Below are positions 9,838 through 19,914 of a DNA stretch of 64,000 nt, in pieces (position 1 is the first letter of the stretch; every line of letters begins with the position of its first letter). The position numbers and the translations under genes were made by a program. Below the pieces are notes generated by a model. It made no database searches. It saw nothing but the letters and a program-made list of their open reading frames with translations, and was not told the DNA's origin. Source of the stretch: Bacteroidota bacterium (GTDB lineage Bacteria; Bacteroidota; Ignavibacteria; UBA10030; BY39); NCBI GenBank assembly GCA_030017895.1, contig JASEGV010000004.1, positions 8,547-72,546 on the forward strand, written 5' to 3'.

Positions 9838-10062
9838 CTAATATTCATTTTCGTCTTCAAAGAAAAAATCTTGATCCGAGGGAAAGTCGACCCATATATC
9901 TTCCATACTTTCATACGGTTCGTCGGAGTCTTCAAGTTCCTGCAGATTTTCAATAACTTCGATCGGCGCACCGATTCGATTCGCGTAATCGATTAATTCT
10001 TCTTTAGTAGCGGGCCAGGGCGCATCGTCTAAATGTGCAGCGAGTTCCAAAGTCCAAATCAT
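9838..10062 (-). CDS. DUF2795 domain protein
   Basis: 74 aa, acidic. LDDAPWPATKEELIDYANRIGAPIEVIENLQEL matches the DUF2795 signature (FPAtKeeLi..A...ga...v...l..l). Confidence 0.65.
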   Translation of the reverse strand: MIWTLELAAHLDDAPWPATKEELIDYANRIGAPIEVIENLQELEDSDEPYESMEDIWVDFPSDQDFFFEDENEY

Positions 10063-10086
10063 AAAATAATTCTCCTTATTAAAATA

Positions 10087-11043
10087 TTAACGCTTTGAAA
10101 TATTTCTGACATATTCATTCACAGATAGATTGTCTAAAAAGTAATCAATAGGATTTTGTTTGACACCTCTGTAGTGGACTTCGTAATGTAAATGGGGCCC
10201 ACTTACTAATCCGGTTCTTCCACTTTTTGCAATCAGGTCGCCACGTTTAACCTTTGCACCCGAACGGACAAGTACCTTCGATAAATGAGCATACAAAGTT
10301 TGATAACCAAAGCCGTGATTGATAACTGCAACGATACCATAACCGCCACCGCTGCGTCCACCAAATTCGACTGAACCATCGCCGGCTGCATATACCGGTG
10401 TACCAACGTCATTGATGATATCCAAACCTTCGTGCTTACGGAAGAAACCGAGAACCGGATGCATTCTTTTTCCGAAACCACCGATTGAATGATATCCGTC
10501 CATCGGTTTTAATGCCGGAAGTGCTGCAAAAAGTTTCTGATTGTAATTATACTTTTGAAGAACTTTCGCGTAACTTTCGCTTTGCTGATTTATTTCCCTG
10601 CTCAGTTTATCGGCAATGTCGTTTATCTGACTGAGAGCGTTTTCACTATTATTCAAAATTTGTTTAGAATCAAATTTAAATATACTACCGCCAACGCCAA
10701 CCTTCAACTCATCCGTATCCAGTTTAGGAATATCAACCAGTAATCTGAGATAATCGCCTTGAGTATTAATCTTGTCGATGTCAGTTTTAAATTCTTCAAA
10801 TCTTTGTGTTAAAGATGATATTTGAGATCTTAAAACTTTGTTTTCATCTACAATTTTATTAATTCGATCATAACCGAGATTTAAAAAATCGTAAATAATA
10901 TAATTTCCACTAAAGATTATACTCACGATCAAGACCACACTCGAAAGTATCGTAACTATGGTTTTAAAACCAAAGTGCTTTACCTCCTTATAAGTAAGGT
11001 CTTTTTCGGAAAAATAGAAATATTTACGGTTCTTAAAAATCAA
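10087..11043 (-). CDS. M23 family metallopeptidase (N-terminal TM + coiled coil)
   Basis: HEGLDI...GTPVYAAGDGSV...GYQTLYAHLS...GPHLHYEV are the M23/LytM catalytic motifs. Confidence 0.85.
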   Translation of the reverse strand: MIFKNRKYFYFSEKDLTYKEVKHFGFKTIVTILSSVVLIVSIIFSGNYIIYDFLNLGYDRINKIVDENKVLRSQISSLTQRFEEFKTDIDKINTQGDYLRLLVDIPKLDTDELKVGVGGSIFKFDSKQILNNSENALSQINDIADKLSREINQQSESYAKVLQKYNYNQKLFAALPALKPMDGYHSIGGFGKRMHPVLGFFRKHEGLDIINDVGTPVYAAGDGSVEFGGRSGGGYGIVAVINHGFGYQTLYAHLSKVLVRSGAKVKRGDLIAKSGRTGLVSGPHLHYEVHYRGVKQNPIDYFLDNLSVNEYVRNISKR

Positions 11044-11203
11044 TATAAAATGTGTTTTATTTAGTTAATTTGCCTTCCCATCAACGATTTTAAAATAAAA
11101 GTTGATGAAATAAGCTGTTTTCAAACAAAGTTACAATACTTTTTTGCTAATTATATATAAAAAAAAATCATTTGTCAAGAGTAATTTCACTTTTTTGGAA
11201 TTT

Positions 11204-12214
11204 TTATTCAAAATCGTGTTCAAAGTAGTTTATTGCTCTATCGCCTAATCGCTTACTTTTTTCATCAATCACTGCCTCCAGACGTTTAGCAAATTCCTTG
11301 GCGGCATCGTATCCATAATGCTTTAGCAAGTAATTCATCGCTATAACTTCGCAAATTACAGTTACATTTTTGCCGGGGAATATTGGTAATTTTACGTGCA
11401 ACAGTTCGACTCCGACAATTTCGATGCCTTCAGTATCCAGGCCTGTGCGTGTATAGTCCTCGTCCGGATTCCAATCTGTAAGTTCGATTACAACTTCTAC
11501 TCTTTTTTGAAATCGAATAGCCCTGATACCGAACATCGAACGAACATCAATCAAACCGAGACCACGGATTTCCATAAAATGTTTTACGATATCCGAACCG
11601 GCGCCCATTAAAATTCCTTCGCCTTTCCGTGTTATCATAACCACATCGTCTGCAACAAGCCGGTGGCCCCTTTCTACTAAATCAAGAGCAATCTCGCTTT
11701 TGCCAATACCTGATCTTCCCATTAAAAGAACACCGATTCCATAAACATCAACGAACGACCCATGAACTGCGGCTTGTACAGAAAATTGGTCGTCCAAAAA
11801 ATCACTCAAAAAATAAATGAATTTTGTTGTCTCCAAAGATGTTTGCATAACTGCAATCTTTTTTTCTGTCGCCAATTGAACCAGTTCATCGCCGAGGACG
11901 TTGCTGCTGGTTACTACAATACAGGGAATATCAAATTCTATTATTCTTTTGAACGATTTGATACGATCTTCAAGCGATAGATGCCTCAAGTATTTAACTT
12001 CGGTATTTCCAAAAATTTGCACCCTGTTGTAAGAAAACAAATCGACATAACCTGCTAAAGGTAATCCGGGGCGATGAAAATTTTTATCAATGATTTCTTT
12101 TTCAAAACTAGTCTCACCGTTGAGTAATGTTAAAGCAAGTCTCTCTTTGTTCGATTCGTACAAATAACCGACAGTGATACTCTTTTTGCGGGTTTCTTTG
12201 ACTTCTAATTTCAT
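11204..12214 (-). CDS. hprK: HPr kinase/phosphorylase
   Basis: P-loop GRSGIGKSEIALDLVERGHRLVADD and a downstream ...EIRGLGLIDV... motif. Length is 336 aa. Confidence 0.9.
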   Translation of the reverse strand: MKLEVKETRKKSITVGYLYESNKERLALTLLNGETSFEKEIIDKNFHRPGLPLAGYVDLFSYNRVQIFGNTEVKYLRHLSLEDRIKSFKRIIEFDIPCIVVTSSNVLGDELVQLATEKKIAVMQTSLETTKFIYFLSDFLDDQFSVQAAVHGSFVDVYGIGVLLMGRSGIGKSEIALDLVERGHRLVADDVVMITRKGEGILMGAGSDIVKHFMEIRGLGLIDVRSMFGIRAIRFQKRVEVVIELTDWNPDEDYTRTGLDTEGIEIVGVELLHVKLPIFPGKNVTVICEVIAMNYLLKHYGYDAAKEFAKRLEAVIDEKSKRLGDRAINYFEHDFE

Positions 12215-12215
12215 A

Positions 12216-12548
12216 TTAGAATTTCCTTTTGAATTCCCTAACCTGCTGCTTATTTTTTCCGCGTACTTTAGATTTTATTTTTGAGAGTTGCTTTTCTAAT
12301 TTCAGGACGGTTTGATCAATCGACTTAAAAAAGTTTTCCGATTTTTCAGTTGCAACAATATCGTGCCTGTAAAGATGTAAACTCATATCAACAATTTTTG
12401 AATTATTGTCGGACCCCTCCTGGCTGAATGTTGCATTACAGCGAAGGATTCCATCGAAATGATTACTTAGTTTATTTATTTCTGCGATTGCATGCTCTTT
12501 TACATTTGAATGCAGTCGAACTTTGCGTGCAGTAATATGTACGTCCAT
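12216..12548 (-). CDS. hpf: Ribosome hibernation promoting factor / RaiA family
   Basis: 110 aa with the MDVHITARKVRL...IAEINKL pattern of S30AE/HPF proteins. It lies directly upstream of hprK, as in many bacteria. Confidence 0.75.
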   Translation of the reverse strand: MDVHITARKVRLHSNVKEHAIAEINKLSNHFDGILRCNATFSQEGSDNNSKIVDMSLHLYRHDIVATEKSENFFKSIDQTVLKLEKQLSKIKSKVRGKNKQQVREFKRKF

Positions 12549-12568
12549 TTGTATTCCTTTCTTTTTGT

Positions 12569-13474
12569 TTACGATTTTGGATGAGCTTGATCGTATATAC
12601 TCTTTAACCGATCAATAGTTACATGTGTATATATTTGAGTCGTTGATAAACTCTCGTGTCCTAATAATTCTTTTACCGCCTTTAAGTCGGCTCCTCGATT
12701 CAATAAATGTGTGGCGAAGGTGTGCCGAAGAACGTGCGGACTTTTTTTCTCGATATCAGAAACCTGTTGAATATAGTGGTTTACAATATTATACACTCCT
12801 TTGGGATACATACGCTTTCCACGATTCGAAATAAAAACTGAACGACGTTCTTTTTCAGACGTCGTTTCTGAAAATAATTCCTCACGTCTCAGCAGGTATT
12901 TTTTCAATGCTGACTTTGCTTTTTCTCCAAAGGGAGTAATTCGGACTTTTCTACCCTTTCCGATAACTTTCAGTGTTTTATTGTACCAATCGATGTTTTC
13001 AAAATTCAACTGTATCAATTCGTTAAGCCGGATGCCTGTGCTGTATAAAAGCTCCAACAACGCTTTATCCCGCAAACCTGTTACAGCCGCTTCATTCGGA
13101 AGTTCTAACATTTTGATCATCGCTGATTCATCCAAAAATGAGGGTAATTTTTTAGGAATTTTTGGAGTTGCGATGTTTATAGTCGGATTCGATTTAATTA
13201 TTTTTTTTCTGTGTAAATATTTGCAAAAAGAACGTACCGAAGATAGTTTTCTGGCAATACTTTTTTTTGATATTCCATTCTCAATCAGATCGCCTAAAAA
13301 AAGTCGTATCGTTAGATTGTCAATAGTATTTAATTGATATTTTTCAGAAGAAAAATGTTTTGTGAAAAACGAGTTCAGTTGTAACAAGTCGTCCTCGTAA
13401 GATGACACTGTATTGGAGGAATAGTTTTTTTCGAATTTCAGATAATCTAAAAACGATGTAATATGATCTATCAT
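12569..13474 (-). CDS. Tyrosine recombinase XerC/XerD family
   Basis: SAM-like N-domain. Catalytic R...HxxR...Y is present (TGIRLNEL; HVLRHTFATHLL; LGHESLSTTQIYTHV). Confidence 0.85.
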   Translation of the reverse strand: MIDHITSFLDYLKFEKNYSSNTVSSYEDDLLQLNSFFTKHFSSEKYQLNTIDNLTIRLFLGDLIENGISKKSIARKLSSVRSFCKYLHRKKIIKSNPTINIATPKIPKKLPSFLDESAMIKMLELPNEAAVTGLRDKALLELLYSTGIRLNELIQLNFENIDWYNKTLKVIGKGRKVRITPFGEKAKSALKKYLLRREELFSETTSEKERRSVFISNRGKRMYPKGVYNIVNHYIQQVSDIEKKSPHVLRHTFATHLLNRGADLKAVKELLGHESLSTTQIYTHVTIDRLKSIYDQAHPKS

Positions 13475-13480
13475 ATCAAA

Positions 13481-15739
13481 TTAGCTTGCTTCAGCTTCTA
13501 CAACAGTTATTTCGATTTTGGCTTTGCAACTTGGACATACGTGATGTGTGCCGGTTTTTTGTGAGTATTTTTCGACTAAATATGCTGATCCACAAACTTC
13601 ACAAGGTTTATCAACCGGTTTATTCCACGATGCGAAATCGCACTCCGGGTATTTTGAACAACCATAGAAGATTCGTTTACTTTTTGTTTTTCTTTCTATC
13701 AAATTACCAACTTTACATTTTGGGCATTTCATCGGCATCGAGATAGGTTTTGTATTTGTGCAAGTAGGATAATTTGAACAACCGAGGAATGTTCCAAATT
13801 TGCTGGAACGAACGAGCATATCGCCACCGCATTTTTCGCATTTCATACCTTCGAGGTGTTCGTGTTTAGCCAAATCATCATCAATGGGTTTTGTATTTTT
13901 GCATCCGGGATATCCGCTGCACGCTTTAAACCTACCGTTGCGCCCCCATTTAATTACCATTGGTTTTTCGCATAATTTACAAGGTTCTTCAGTTATTTCT
14001 TGCAACGATTTTTTAATTTCAGTAGCCAGTTTAACCCGTTTTTCCAATGCTTTGCTGAATGGGATGTAAAAATCGTCCATCACTTTTTTGTATGTCCGTT
14101 TACCCGAAGCAATTGTATCTAATTCTTCTTCCATCTTCGCAGTAAACTTTACATTTAAAACTTCGGGGAAATTTTGCCCCAACAATCGGTTAACACTCAT
14201 CCCTAATTCGAGTGCAAACAATTTTCTCTCTCTCTGTTCAACATACTTGCGGTCAACTATTGTACTAACTATCATAGCGTAAGTGCTCGGACGCCCAATC
14301 CCATAAGCTTCCAAATCTTTGACCAAACTGCTTTCGTTATATCGAGGCGGTGGCTTTGTGAAATGCTGTTTGGGAATCATACTTAATAATTGAGCATTAT
14401 CGTTGATATGAAGATGAGCCGGAATCTTTGAAACAGGATCGGCATCGGGTGTAACTCCGTTTTCTTCTTGTATGTCGTCGTAAACTTGCAAGAAACCTCT
14501 GAACTTAGGCGTCGTTCCGGTCGCTCGAAATAAATATTCGCCACCACTTAATTCAACAGTAACTTGATCAAATTCGGCTGATGACATTTGTGAAGCTACA
14601 AAACGATTCCAGATAAGTTCATATAAACTATACAAATCTTTATTATGAAGATATTTTTTAATTGTTTTGGGATTGTACTTCATAATTGTCGGACGAATTG
14701 CTTCGTGAGCATCTTGGGAAGCTTTAACCTTTTTGAATTGGCGTGCTTCTTTGGGTAAATAATCGCCACCATAATTGTTAAAAATAAATTCGCGAACAGC
14801 AGCAATTGAATCGGTACTTAAACGCGTTGAATCGGTGCGCATATAAGTAATCAAACCTACCAATCCATCTTCTCCGATTTCGACACCCTCGTAAAGATTT
14901 TGAGCTAACTGCATTGTTTTCTTTGCTGAGAAGCCGAGGCGTGATGCTGCCTCCTGCTGTATAGTACTTGTAATAAAAGGTGCCGGCGGATTTCGTTTTA
15001 CTACTTTCTTCTGAAGATTCGAAATCTTATACTGTTGATTCGAAAGTTCATTCACATATCCTGTTGCAGTTGTTTCGTCCGAAATTCTCGGTTCTTGACC
15101 GGTAACTTGAACGAGTTTGGCGAAGAAAGGTTCGCTCTTATCGGTTTTGAATTCGCCGGTGATCGACCAGTATTCTTCACTCATGAAACTTTGAATAAGT
15201 TCTTCGCGATCACAAATCAATCGCAGAGCAACCGACTGAACCCGCCCGGCTGATAAACCGTAATAAAATGTTTTCCAAAGGAAAGGACTGATTTTATATC
15301 CTACGATACGATCCATCGCGCGGCGCGCTCTTTGTGAGTCGACTAAATGCTGGTCTATCTTGTGAGGATTTTTCATCGCCTCATTTATTCCGGATTCTGT
15401 AATTTCATGAAATAGAACGCGGTAGATATTTTTGTTATGCTTCTGAATTTCTTCTGCAATATCGTAAGCAATTGCTTCACCTTCACGGTCAGGGTCAGTC
15501 GCTAAATAGACAGCATCAACTTCGGAACTCAGTCGACATAATTTTTTAACGACCTCTTCTTTCCTTTCGATTAATTCAAAATTCGGTTTGTAGTCGTTAT
15601 CAACATCCACCGAGAGTTTATTTTTTGGGAGGTTTTTTATGTGCCCGACTGAAGCTTCTACAGTAAAATTTTTCCCTAAATATTTTTTCACCGTCTTTGA
15701 TTTTGAGGGAGACTCGACGATGACAAGTGATTTATTCAT
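13481..15739 (-). CDS. topA: DNA topoisomerase I with four C-terminal C4 zinc fingers
   Basis: TOPRIM N-terminus (LVIVESPSKSKTV.., DPDREGE), active-site region ITYMRTDS, and four CxxC...CxxC repeats at the C-terminus. Confidence 0.95.
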   Translation of the reverse strand: MNKSLVIVESPSKSKTVKKYLGKNFTVEASVGHIKNLPKNKLSVDVDNDYKPNFELIERKEEVVKKLCRLSSEVDAVYLATDPDREGEAIAYDIAEEIQKHNKNIYRVLFHEITESGINEAMKNPHKIDQHLVDSQRARRAMDRIVGYKISPFLWKTFYYGLSAGRVQSVALRLICDREELIQSFMSEEYWSITGEFKTDKSEPFFAKLVQVTGQEPRISDETTATGYVNELSNQQYKISNLQKKVVKRNPPAPFITSTIQQEAASRLGFSAKKTMQLAQNLYEGVEIGEDGLVGLITYMRTDSTRLSTDSIAAVREFIFNNYGGDYLPKEARQFKKVKASQDAHEAIRPTIMKYNPKTIKKYLHNKDLYSLYELIWNRFVASQMSSAEFDQVTVELSGGEYLFRATGTTPKFRGFLQVYDDIQEENGVTPDADPVSKIPAHLHINDNAQLLSMIPKQHFTKPPPRYNESSLVKDLEAYGIGRPSTYAMIVSTIVDRKYVEQRERKLFALELGMSVNRLLGQNFPEVLNVKFTAKMEEELDTIASGKRTYKKVMDDFYIPFSKALEKRVKLATEIKKSLQEITEEPCKLCEKPMVIKWGRNGRFKACSGYPGCKNTKPIDDDLAKHEHLEGMKCEKCGGDMLVRSSKFGTFLGCSNYPTCTNTKPISMPMKCPKCKVGNLIERKTKSKRIFYGCSKYPECDFASWNKPVDKPCEVCGSAYLVEKYSQKTGTHHVCPSCKAKIEITVVEAEAS

Positions 15740-15757
15740 ATAATAATTACTTTCGTT

Positions 15758-16210
15758 TCAATTAATAGTTTCGTTGTCGTAAGAAGAGCTTCCCAAAACA
15801 TGTTCGTCTTTTTGAAAAATTATTGAAGCAGTTATTGCTATCATTTCTCTTAAATCGACAGAATGTGAATAATTTATCATTATTCTTTCAATTATAAATT
15901 CCATTTCAATATTGCTCACTATCTCGAGTTCGCGGAGTTGTAATAAATAACCGTAAGCTTCGGGCATAATAATTAATTTTTCTACATCATGAAGAATCCT
16001 ATGTGAATTCGTTTTTTCCGAAGGTTTAAAATTCAAGTTCATTTCGGCTAAATACAATCTATCGAACAGCCAGCTGAATGCGGCGTTCATTTCCGAGGTT
16101 GTAAAGCCCAATTTCTCTAATTTTTGGACATCAATTTCCTGTAGAGATTTTTGGGTTGTCTTAATTTCGTTCAACACGTAAACTATTATTTCTATGATTC
16201 TATCTTGCAT
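15758..16210 (-). CDS. smg: Smg (DUF494) family protein
   Basis: 150 aa. N-terminus IIEIIVYVLNEI...LEKLGFTTSEMNAAFSWL resembles E. coli Smg, and the smg-topA neighbourhood is conserved. Confidence 0.65.
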   Translation of the reverse strand: MQDRIIEIIVYVLNEIKTTQKSLQEIDVQKLEKLGFTTSEMNAAFSWLFDRLYLAEMNLNFKPSEKTNSHRILHDVEKLIIMPEAYGYLLQLRELEIVSNIEMEFIIERIMINYSHSVDLREMIAITASIIFQKDEHVLGSSSYDNETIN

Positions 16211-16638
16211 TATTCTAATTTATAAATATTTTTGCATTTCCCTAAATACATATCTTCCAACAAACTCATTTTCTTTTTAGTTCGTTGGGTCGTGTCGGTG
16301 TATCCAATCAGGTGTAATGTTCCGTGGATAAGCAACCGATTTAATTCTTCTGATATCTTGACTTTATATTCTTTGGCTTGACGCCTGGTTTGATCGATAT
16401 TGATATAAATTTCGCCTTCGATTTTTTTATCATCATTCAGCGGAAAACTTATAACATCGGTGGTCCAATTATGATATAAATATTGTTTATTCAGTTGGGT
16501 GATGTATTCATCGTCAACGAAAACGATATTGATATTTTTTTGGAGGGATTTTTCTCCCTTTAAAACGAACTTAACGAGCGAAACAATTTTGCTCTTATCT
16601 ATTTTTTGTTTTTTATAGTTATTGAAAACCGTAATCAA
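16210..16638 (-). CDS. ybeY: rRNA maturation endoribonuclease YbeY
   Basis: Metal-binding motif HGTLHLIGYTD; 142 aa. Confidence 0.9.
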   Translation of the reverse strand: MITVFNNYKKQKIDKSKIVSLVKFVLKGEKSLQKNINIVFVDDEYITQLNKQYLYHNWTTDVISFPLNDDKKIEGEIYINIDQTRRQAKEYKVKISEELNRLLIHGTLHLIGYTDTTQRTKKKMSLLEDMYLGKCKNIYKLE

Positions 16639-16657
16639 GATAATTTCAGATTATTAA

Positions 16658-17113
16658 TTATTTTTCAGGAAATAAACTTTCGGTTAACGACAAGGCGATA
16701 CCCGACATCATTACTTCTGGAGCAAGCCGTGTAAAATCGCCGGAGAGGATTTTACGATCGACATTAGCGTAGAGCGAACAGCCGGCTTCACGTTCGACAA
16801 TTAAGCCGCTAAGTTTACCGTTCATATCTCCGATAAATGTAACTTCATTCAACTCTTCACTCACAGCAAATCCTGTGCAAAAATGTAATTGCAAAAAAGA
16901 ATTGAGTGCATAAACCGATACCATTGTACCAATTTTATCTCCGATTAATATATCAGGATAAATTTCTAAAGCAAGTTTTCGCTTTTCTTTTTCGTTACGG
17001 AGTTCGTACCGATAAAAGTTTCCAATTTTTTTTAGTTTCGTTTTTAGAACCTTACTAATAACCGATAAACTATTTTTATTGAAAGTATAAAACTTCTCTG
17101 TTTTACTTTTCAT
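16658..17113 (-). CDS. Hypothetical protein
   Basis: Long ORF with no motif I recognise. Start moved to ATG 17113 (MKSKTEKFY), because the track's TTG at 17134 runs into the csp terminator. Confidence 0.45.
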   Translation of the reverse strand: MKSKTEKFYTFNKNSLSVISKVLKTKLKKIGNFYRYELRNEKEKRKLALEIYPDILIGDKIGTMVSVYALNSFLQLHFCTGFAVSEELNEVTFIGDMNGKLSGLIVEREAGCSLYANVDRKILSGDFTRLAPEVMMSGIALSLTESLFPEK

Positions 17114-17135
17114 TTTATGTCCTAAGTTTAACAAT

Positions 17136-17174
17136 AAAAACCCCGCAAGATTCCTCGATAGAGTATCTTCGGGG
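17136..17174 (-). terminator. Intrinsic terminator after the cold-shock gene
   Basis: Minus-strand RNA CCCCGAAGAU...AUCUUGCGGGG (10-bp stem with a 1-nt bulge, 17141-17174) followed by UUUUUAUU. Confidence 0.75.
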
Positions 17175-17198
17175 TATTTGAATATTTAAAAAATACAA

Positions 17199-17405
17199 TT
17201 ATCTGACAACAAATACTTTTTGGGCTTGCAGTCCTTTATTTCCTTCTACAAGCTCAAATTCAATCAGATCACCTTGATCTAATTTTTTAAAATTTGCTTT
17301 GGTTTGGATTTCGGTGTAGTGGATAAAAATATCTTTTCCGTTTTCCCACTGAACAAATCCGTAACCTTTTTTTGCATCAAACCACTTTACCTTGCCTTTT
17401 GGCAT
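17199..17405 (-). CDS. Cold-shock protein (CspA family)
   Basis: KGKVKWFDAKKGYGFV (RNP1) and DIFIHYT (RNP2). Start set to ATG 17405, preceded by AGGAGG; the track's longer ORF adds 13 unlikely residues. Confidence 0.9.
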   Translation of the reverse strand: MPKGKVKWFDAKKGYGFVQWENGKDIFIHYTEIQTKANFKKLDQGDLIEFELVEGNKGLQAQKVFVVR

Positions 17406-17606
17406 AACGACCTCCTCTAAAAGTTTTACCATTAATAGTCGCAAAACATCTCAGGTTAATAATTTATTAATTGTGCGACTATCGCGGTAAAGTTACCTGA
17501 GTGTTTTTAGAAAAAAAATTAAATATTTCAATTTTATATCATACCACCTAAAAATCCTAATAATCAACCGACAAAAACCCCATTAATGGAGAAATTATCT
17601 GTAGCT

Positions 17607-17635
17607 AATATACGATACGAATTCAATTTTGTCAA
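17607..17635 (-). promoter_or_regulatory. Sigma-70-type promoter for csp (TTGACA-N17-TATATT)
   Basis: On the minus strand, TTGACA (17630-17635), a 17-nt spacer, then TATATT (17607-17612). This implies a leader of about 195 nt. Confidence 0.55.
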
Positions 17636-17647
17636 GTCTTCAATTAT

Positions 17648-18544
17648 TTAAACTTCAATTTCCAGCCCTTCGTACGAGACGATACAGGTAAATTTATAAT
17701 CACGAATTTTTATTTCTTTTAAGCATTTCTTGTAAATTTCATCAATTTTATCATCATTATGCGATGGATCGTGATGAAAAAGTATCAATTTTTTGACCTT
17801 CCCTTCGGCTGCAACCTTTAGTGAAAATAAATAGTGCGAGTGCCCCCAACCCACCCGATCAATATATTCTTCGGGTGTGTAGGTAGTATCGTAGATAAGT
17901 ACATCGGCACCCATCACAAAATTAAAAACTCGCTGATTTGGTTCTGGCTTGCATTCCAAATATTTATTAACGATATCTTGTTCAACGTTACGAATCGATT
18001 GAGCAACATAACGATCAAATGGTTCATTATCGCTTATATACACTATTGATTTCCCGTTTTGAGTGATACGATAGCCGATTGCAAATGTTGGATGATTCAA
18101 ATATATACTTTTAACATCAGCATCGAACACTCTGAATTCATCTTCGCCGATAGGTTTGAAATTGATTTTTGCTTTAAGTTCATTCAATTGTATCGGAAAA
18201 TATACTTTGTTCATCTGGTCTGAAATCATATCGGGAAGCGAAACACTTTTTGTTTCGCCGGATACGATCGTAAATTCGTTCCCCGAAATAAATGCTGGCT
18301 TAAAAAAAGGGAATCCCTGAATATGATCCCAATGCGGATGCGATATCAAGACGTAAGCATTTATTGAATCACCGGTTTCAATCAGCTTCTCGCCAAGATT
18401 CCGTATCCCGGTACCGGCATCTAATATAACTAAATTATTGTCATCCAATCGTAACTCAACACAAGGTGTATTGCCACCATATTTTACAGTTTGTTTACCC
18501 GGTGTCGGGATTGAACCTCTTGTTCCCCAAAATATAAGTTTCAT
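17648..18544 (-). CDS. MBL-fold metallo-hydrolase
   Basis: HPHWDH motif, with later D and H ligands (..GHSHY.., LFHHDP). Confidence 0.8.
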   Translation of the reverse strand: MKLIFWGTRGSIPTPGKQTVKYGGNTPCVELRLDDNNLVILDAGTGIRNLGEKLIETGDSINAYVLISHPHWDHIQGFPFFKPAFISGNEFTIVSGETKSVSLPDMISDQMNKVYFPIQLNELKAKINFKPIGEDEFRVFDADVKSIYLNHPTFAIGYRITQNGKSIVYISDNEPFDRYVAQSIRNVEQDIVNKYLECKPEPNQRVFNFVMGADVLIYDTTYTPEEYIDRVGWGHSHYLFSLKVAAEGKVKKLILFHHDPSHNDDKIDEIYKKCLKEIKIRDYKFTCIVSYEGLEIEV

Positions 18545-18559
18545 ATTTTTCCCCGATTA

Positions 18560-19063
18560 TTATTTTAGATATGACTTAGCATAAATAATATAATTTCTTG
18601 CAGACTCTTCCAACATATTCTTTTCGTCGTTACGCAACTGCCGCATAACTTTTGCAGGGACACCAGCCACGAGCGAGCCATCGGGTATTTTCATGTTCTG
18701 TAAAACCACAGACCCCGCTGCCACTAATGTATAGTTGCCAATTACTGAACCATCCAATATACAAGAACCCATTCCTATCAAACTATAATTACCCACACTG
18801 CACGCGTGCAGAATTGCACGATGTCCAACAGTTACGCCTTCGCCAATAATTGTGGGTAGAACTTCCGATACATGAATAATTGCCCCATCCTGTATATTCG
18901 TTCCTTTCCCGATTGAAATACTATTAATATCGCCTCTTATTACAGCATTGAACCATATACTGGCATCTTCCATAATTAAAACATCCCCAATAATTTCGGC
19001 GCTATCGGCAGTGAACGAGGGTGAGATTAATTTCGGAATTTTATTTTGATATTTGTGAATCAT
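18560..19063 (-). CDS. Gamma carbonic anhydrase family / hexapeptide-repeat protein
   Basis: Left-handed beta-helix hexapeptide repeats (IGKGTNIQDGAIIH, VGHRAILH, IGMGSCILDG). Start moved to ATG 19063 (MIHKYQN), which removes the overlap with the upstream gene. Confidence 0.8.
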   Translation of the reverse strand: MIHKYQNKIPKLISPSFTADSAEIIGDVLIMEDASIWFNAVIRGDINSISIGKGTNIQDGAIIHVSEVLPTIIGEGVTVGHRAILHACSVGNYSLIGMGSCILDGSVIGNYTLVAAGSVVLQNMKIPDGSLVAGVPAKVMRQLRNDEKNMLEESARNYIIYAKSYLK

Positions 19064-19065
19064 AA

Positions 19066-19893
19066 TTATTTTTTCGATTGATAAATTGGAGGTTTCCAGT
19101 TTTTCTTTTTCCAAGATACCAACTCGATACGAACTTTCCCAATTAACACTTTCATTTTAGCTACAATCGGAACTCGTGCTTCATCGTTACTGAACCATCC
19201 TTCGAACCCGCCCGAAAAGCCATACACTCCTTTAAAATCTGCACGACCGTTAAATTCTATTACATCGACCGGATAATCGACTGCATCGATATTTACGCTT
19301 TCATTTTTATTTGAAAAATTTATTGTAGTATTTGATATTTGTTCGACTACTACTGTCGGTATTCGGACGGTTCTGTTCCGCAATAAATTATACCGTGCAA
19401 AATAAAAGAGGGATAACCCATCCTGCGACAATGTATCGATCTTGAGTGTATCTCGTTTATCTAACATTCCTTTTCCCCAAATGCCAAATTCAAAAAATAT
19501 TCTATTATTCGCGTAGTCAAAATCGTATGTAACATATTTAATTTTCGACCCATCTTTAGACCTTGAACGAAACCAATACGAAGTAACATTACTATTGATT
19601 TTGCTCTCATAAATTTCATGCAGATCAATAAACGGTAATCCTTTATAACTATCCATATATGCGATAGTTTTGTACATCACTTTACCATCCTGAATAATTT
19701 TTTCTAAAATTTTCAAGCGTATTTGCCCTAAGGTGATGAATGCATAACTTACATTGTAAGTAAGTTCCTCACCGACCTCAAATTCAAATGCTTTGTACAA
19801 AGAATCTGATTCGGGATTCGGAAAAGCGGCAATCAATTTTATTTGAATGAAGACAAATAATCCGACGATGAAATAAATTCTGTTCAGCTTCAT
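19066..19893 (-). CDS. DUF3108-like secreted protein
   Basis: Signal peptide, and VGEELTYNVSYAFITLGQIRLKI typical of DUF3108. Confidence 0.55.
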   Translation of the reverse strand: MKLNRIYFIVGLFVFIQIKLIAAFPNPESDSLYKAFEFEVGEELTYNVSYAFITLGQIRLKILEKIIQDGKVMYKTIAYMDSYKGLPFIDLHEIYESKINSNVTSYWFRSRSKDGSKIKYVTYDFDYANNRIFFEFGIWGKGMLDKRDTLKIDTLSQDGLSLFYFARYNLLRNRTVRIPTVVVEQISNTTINFSNKNESVNIDAVDYPVDVIEFNGRADFKGVYGFSGGFEGWFSNDEARVPIVAKMKVLIGKVRIELVSWKKKNWKPPIYQSKK

Positions 19894-19914
19894 CTCTAAT
19901 TTTATTAACCACAG

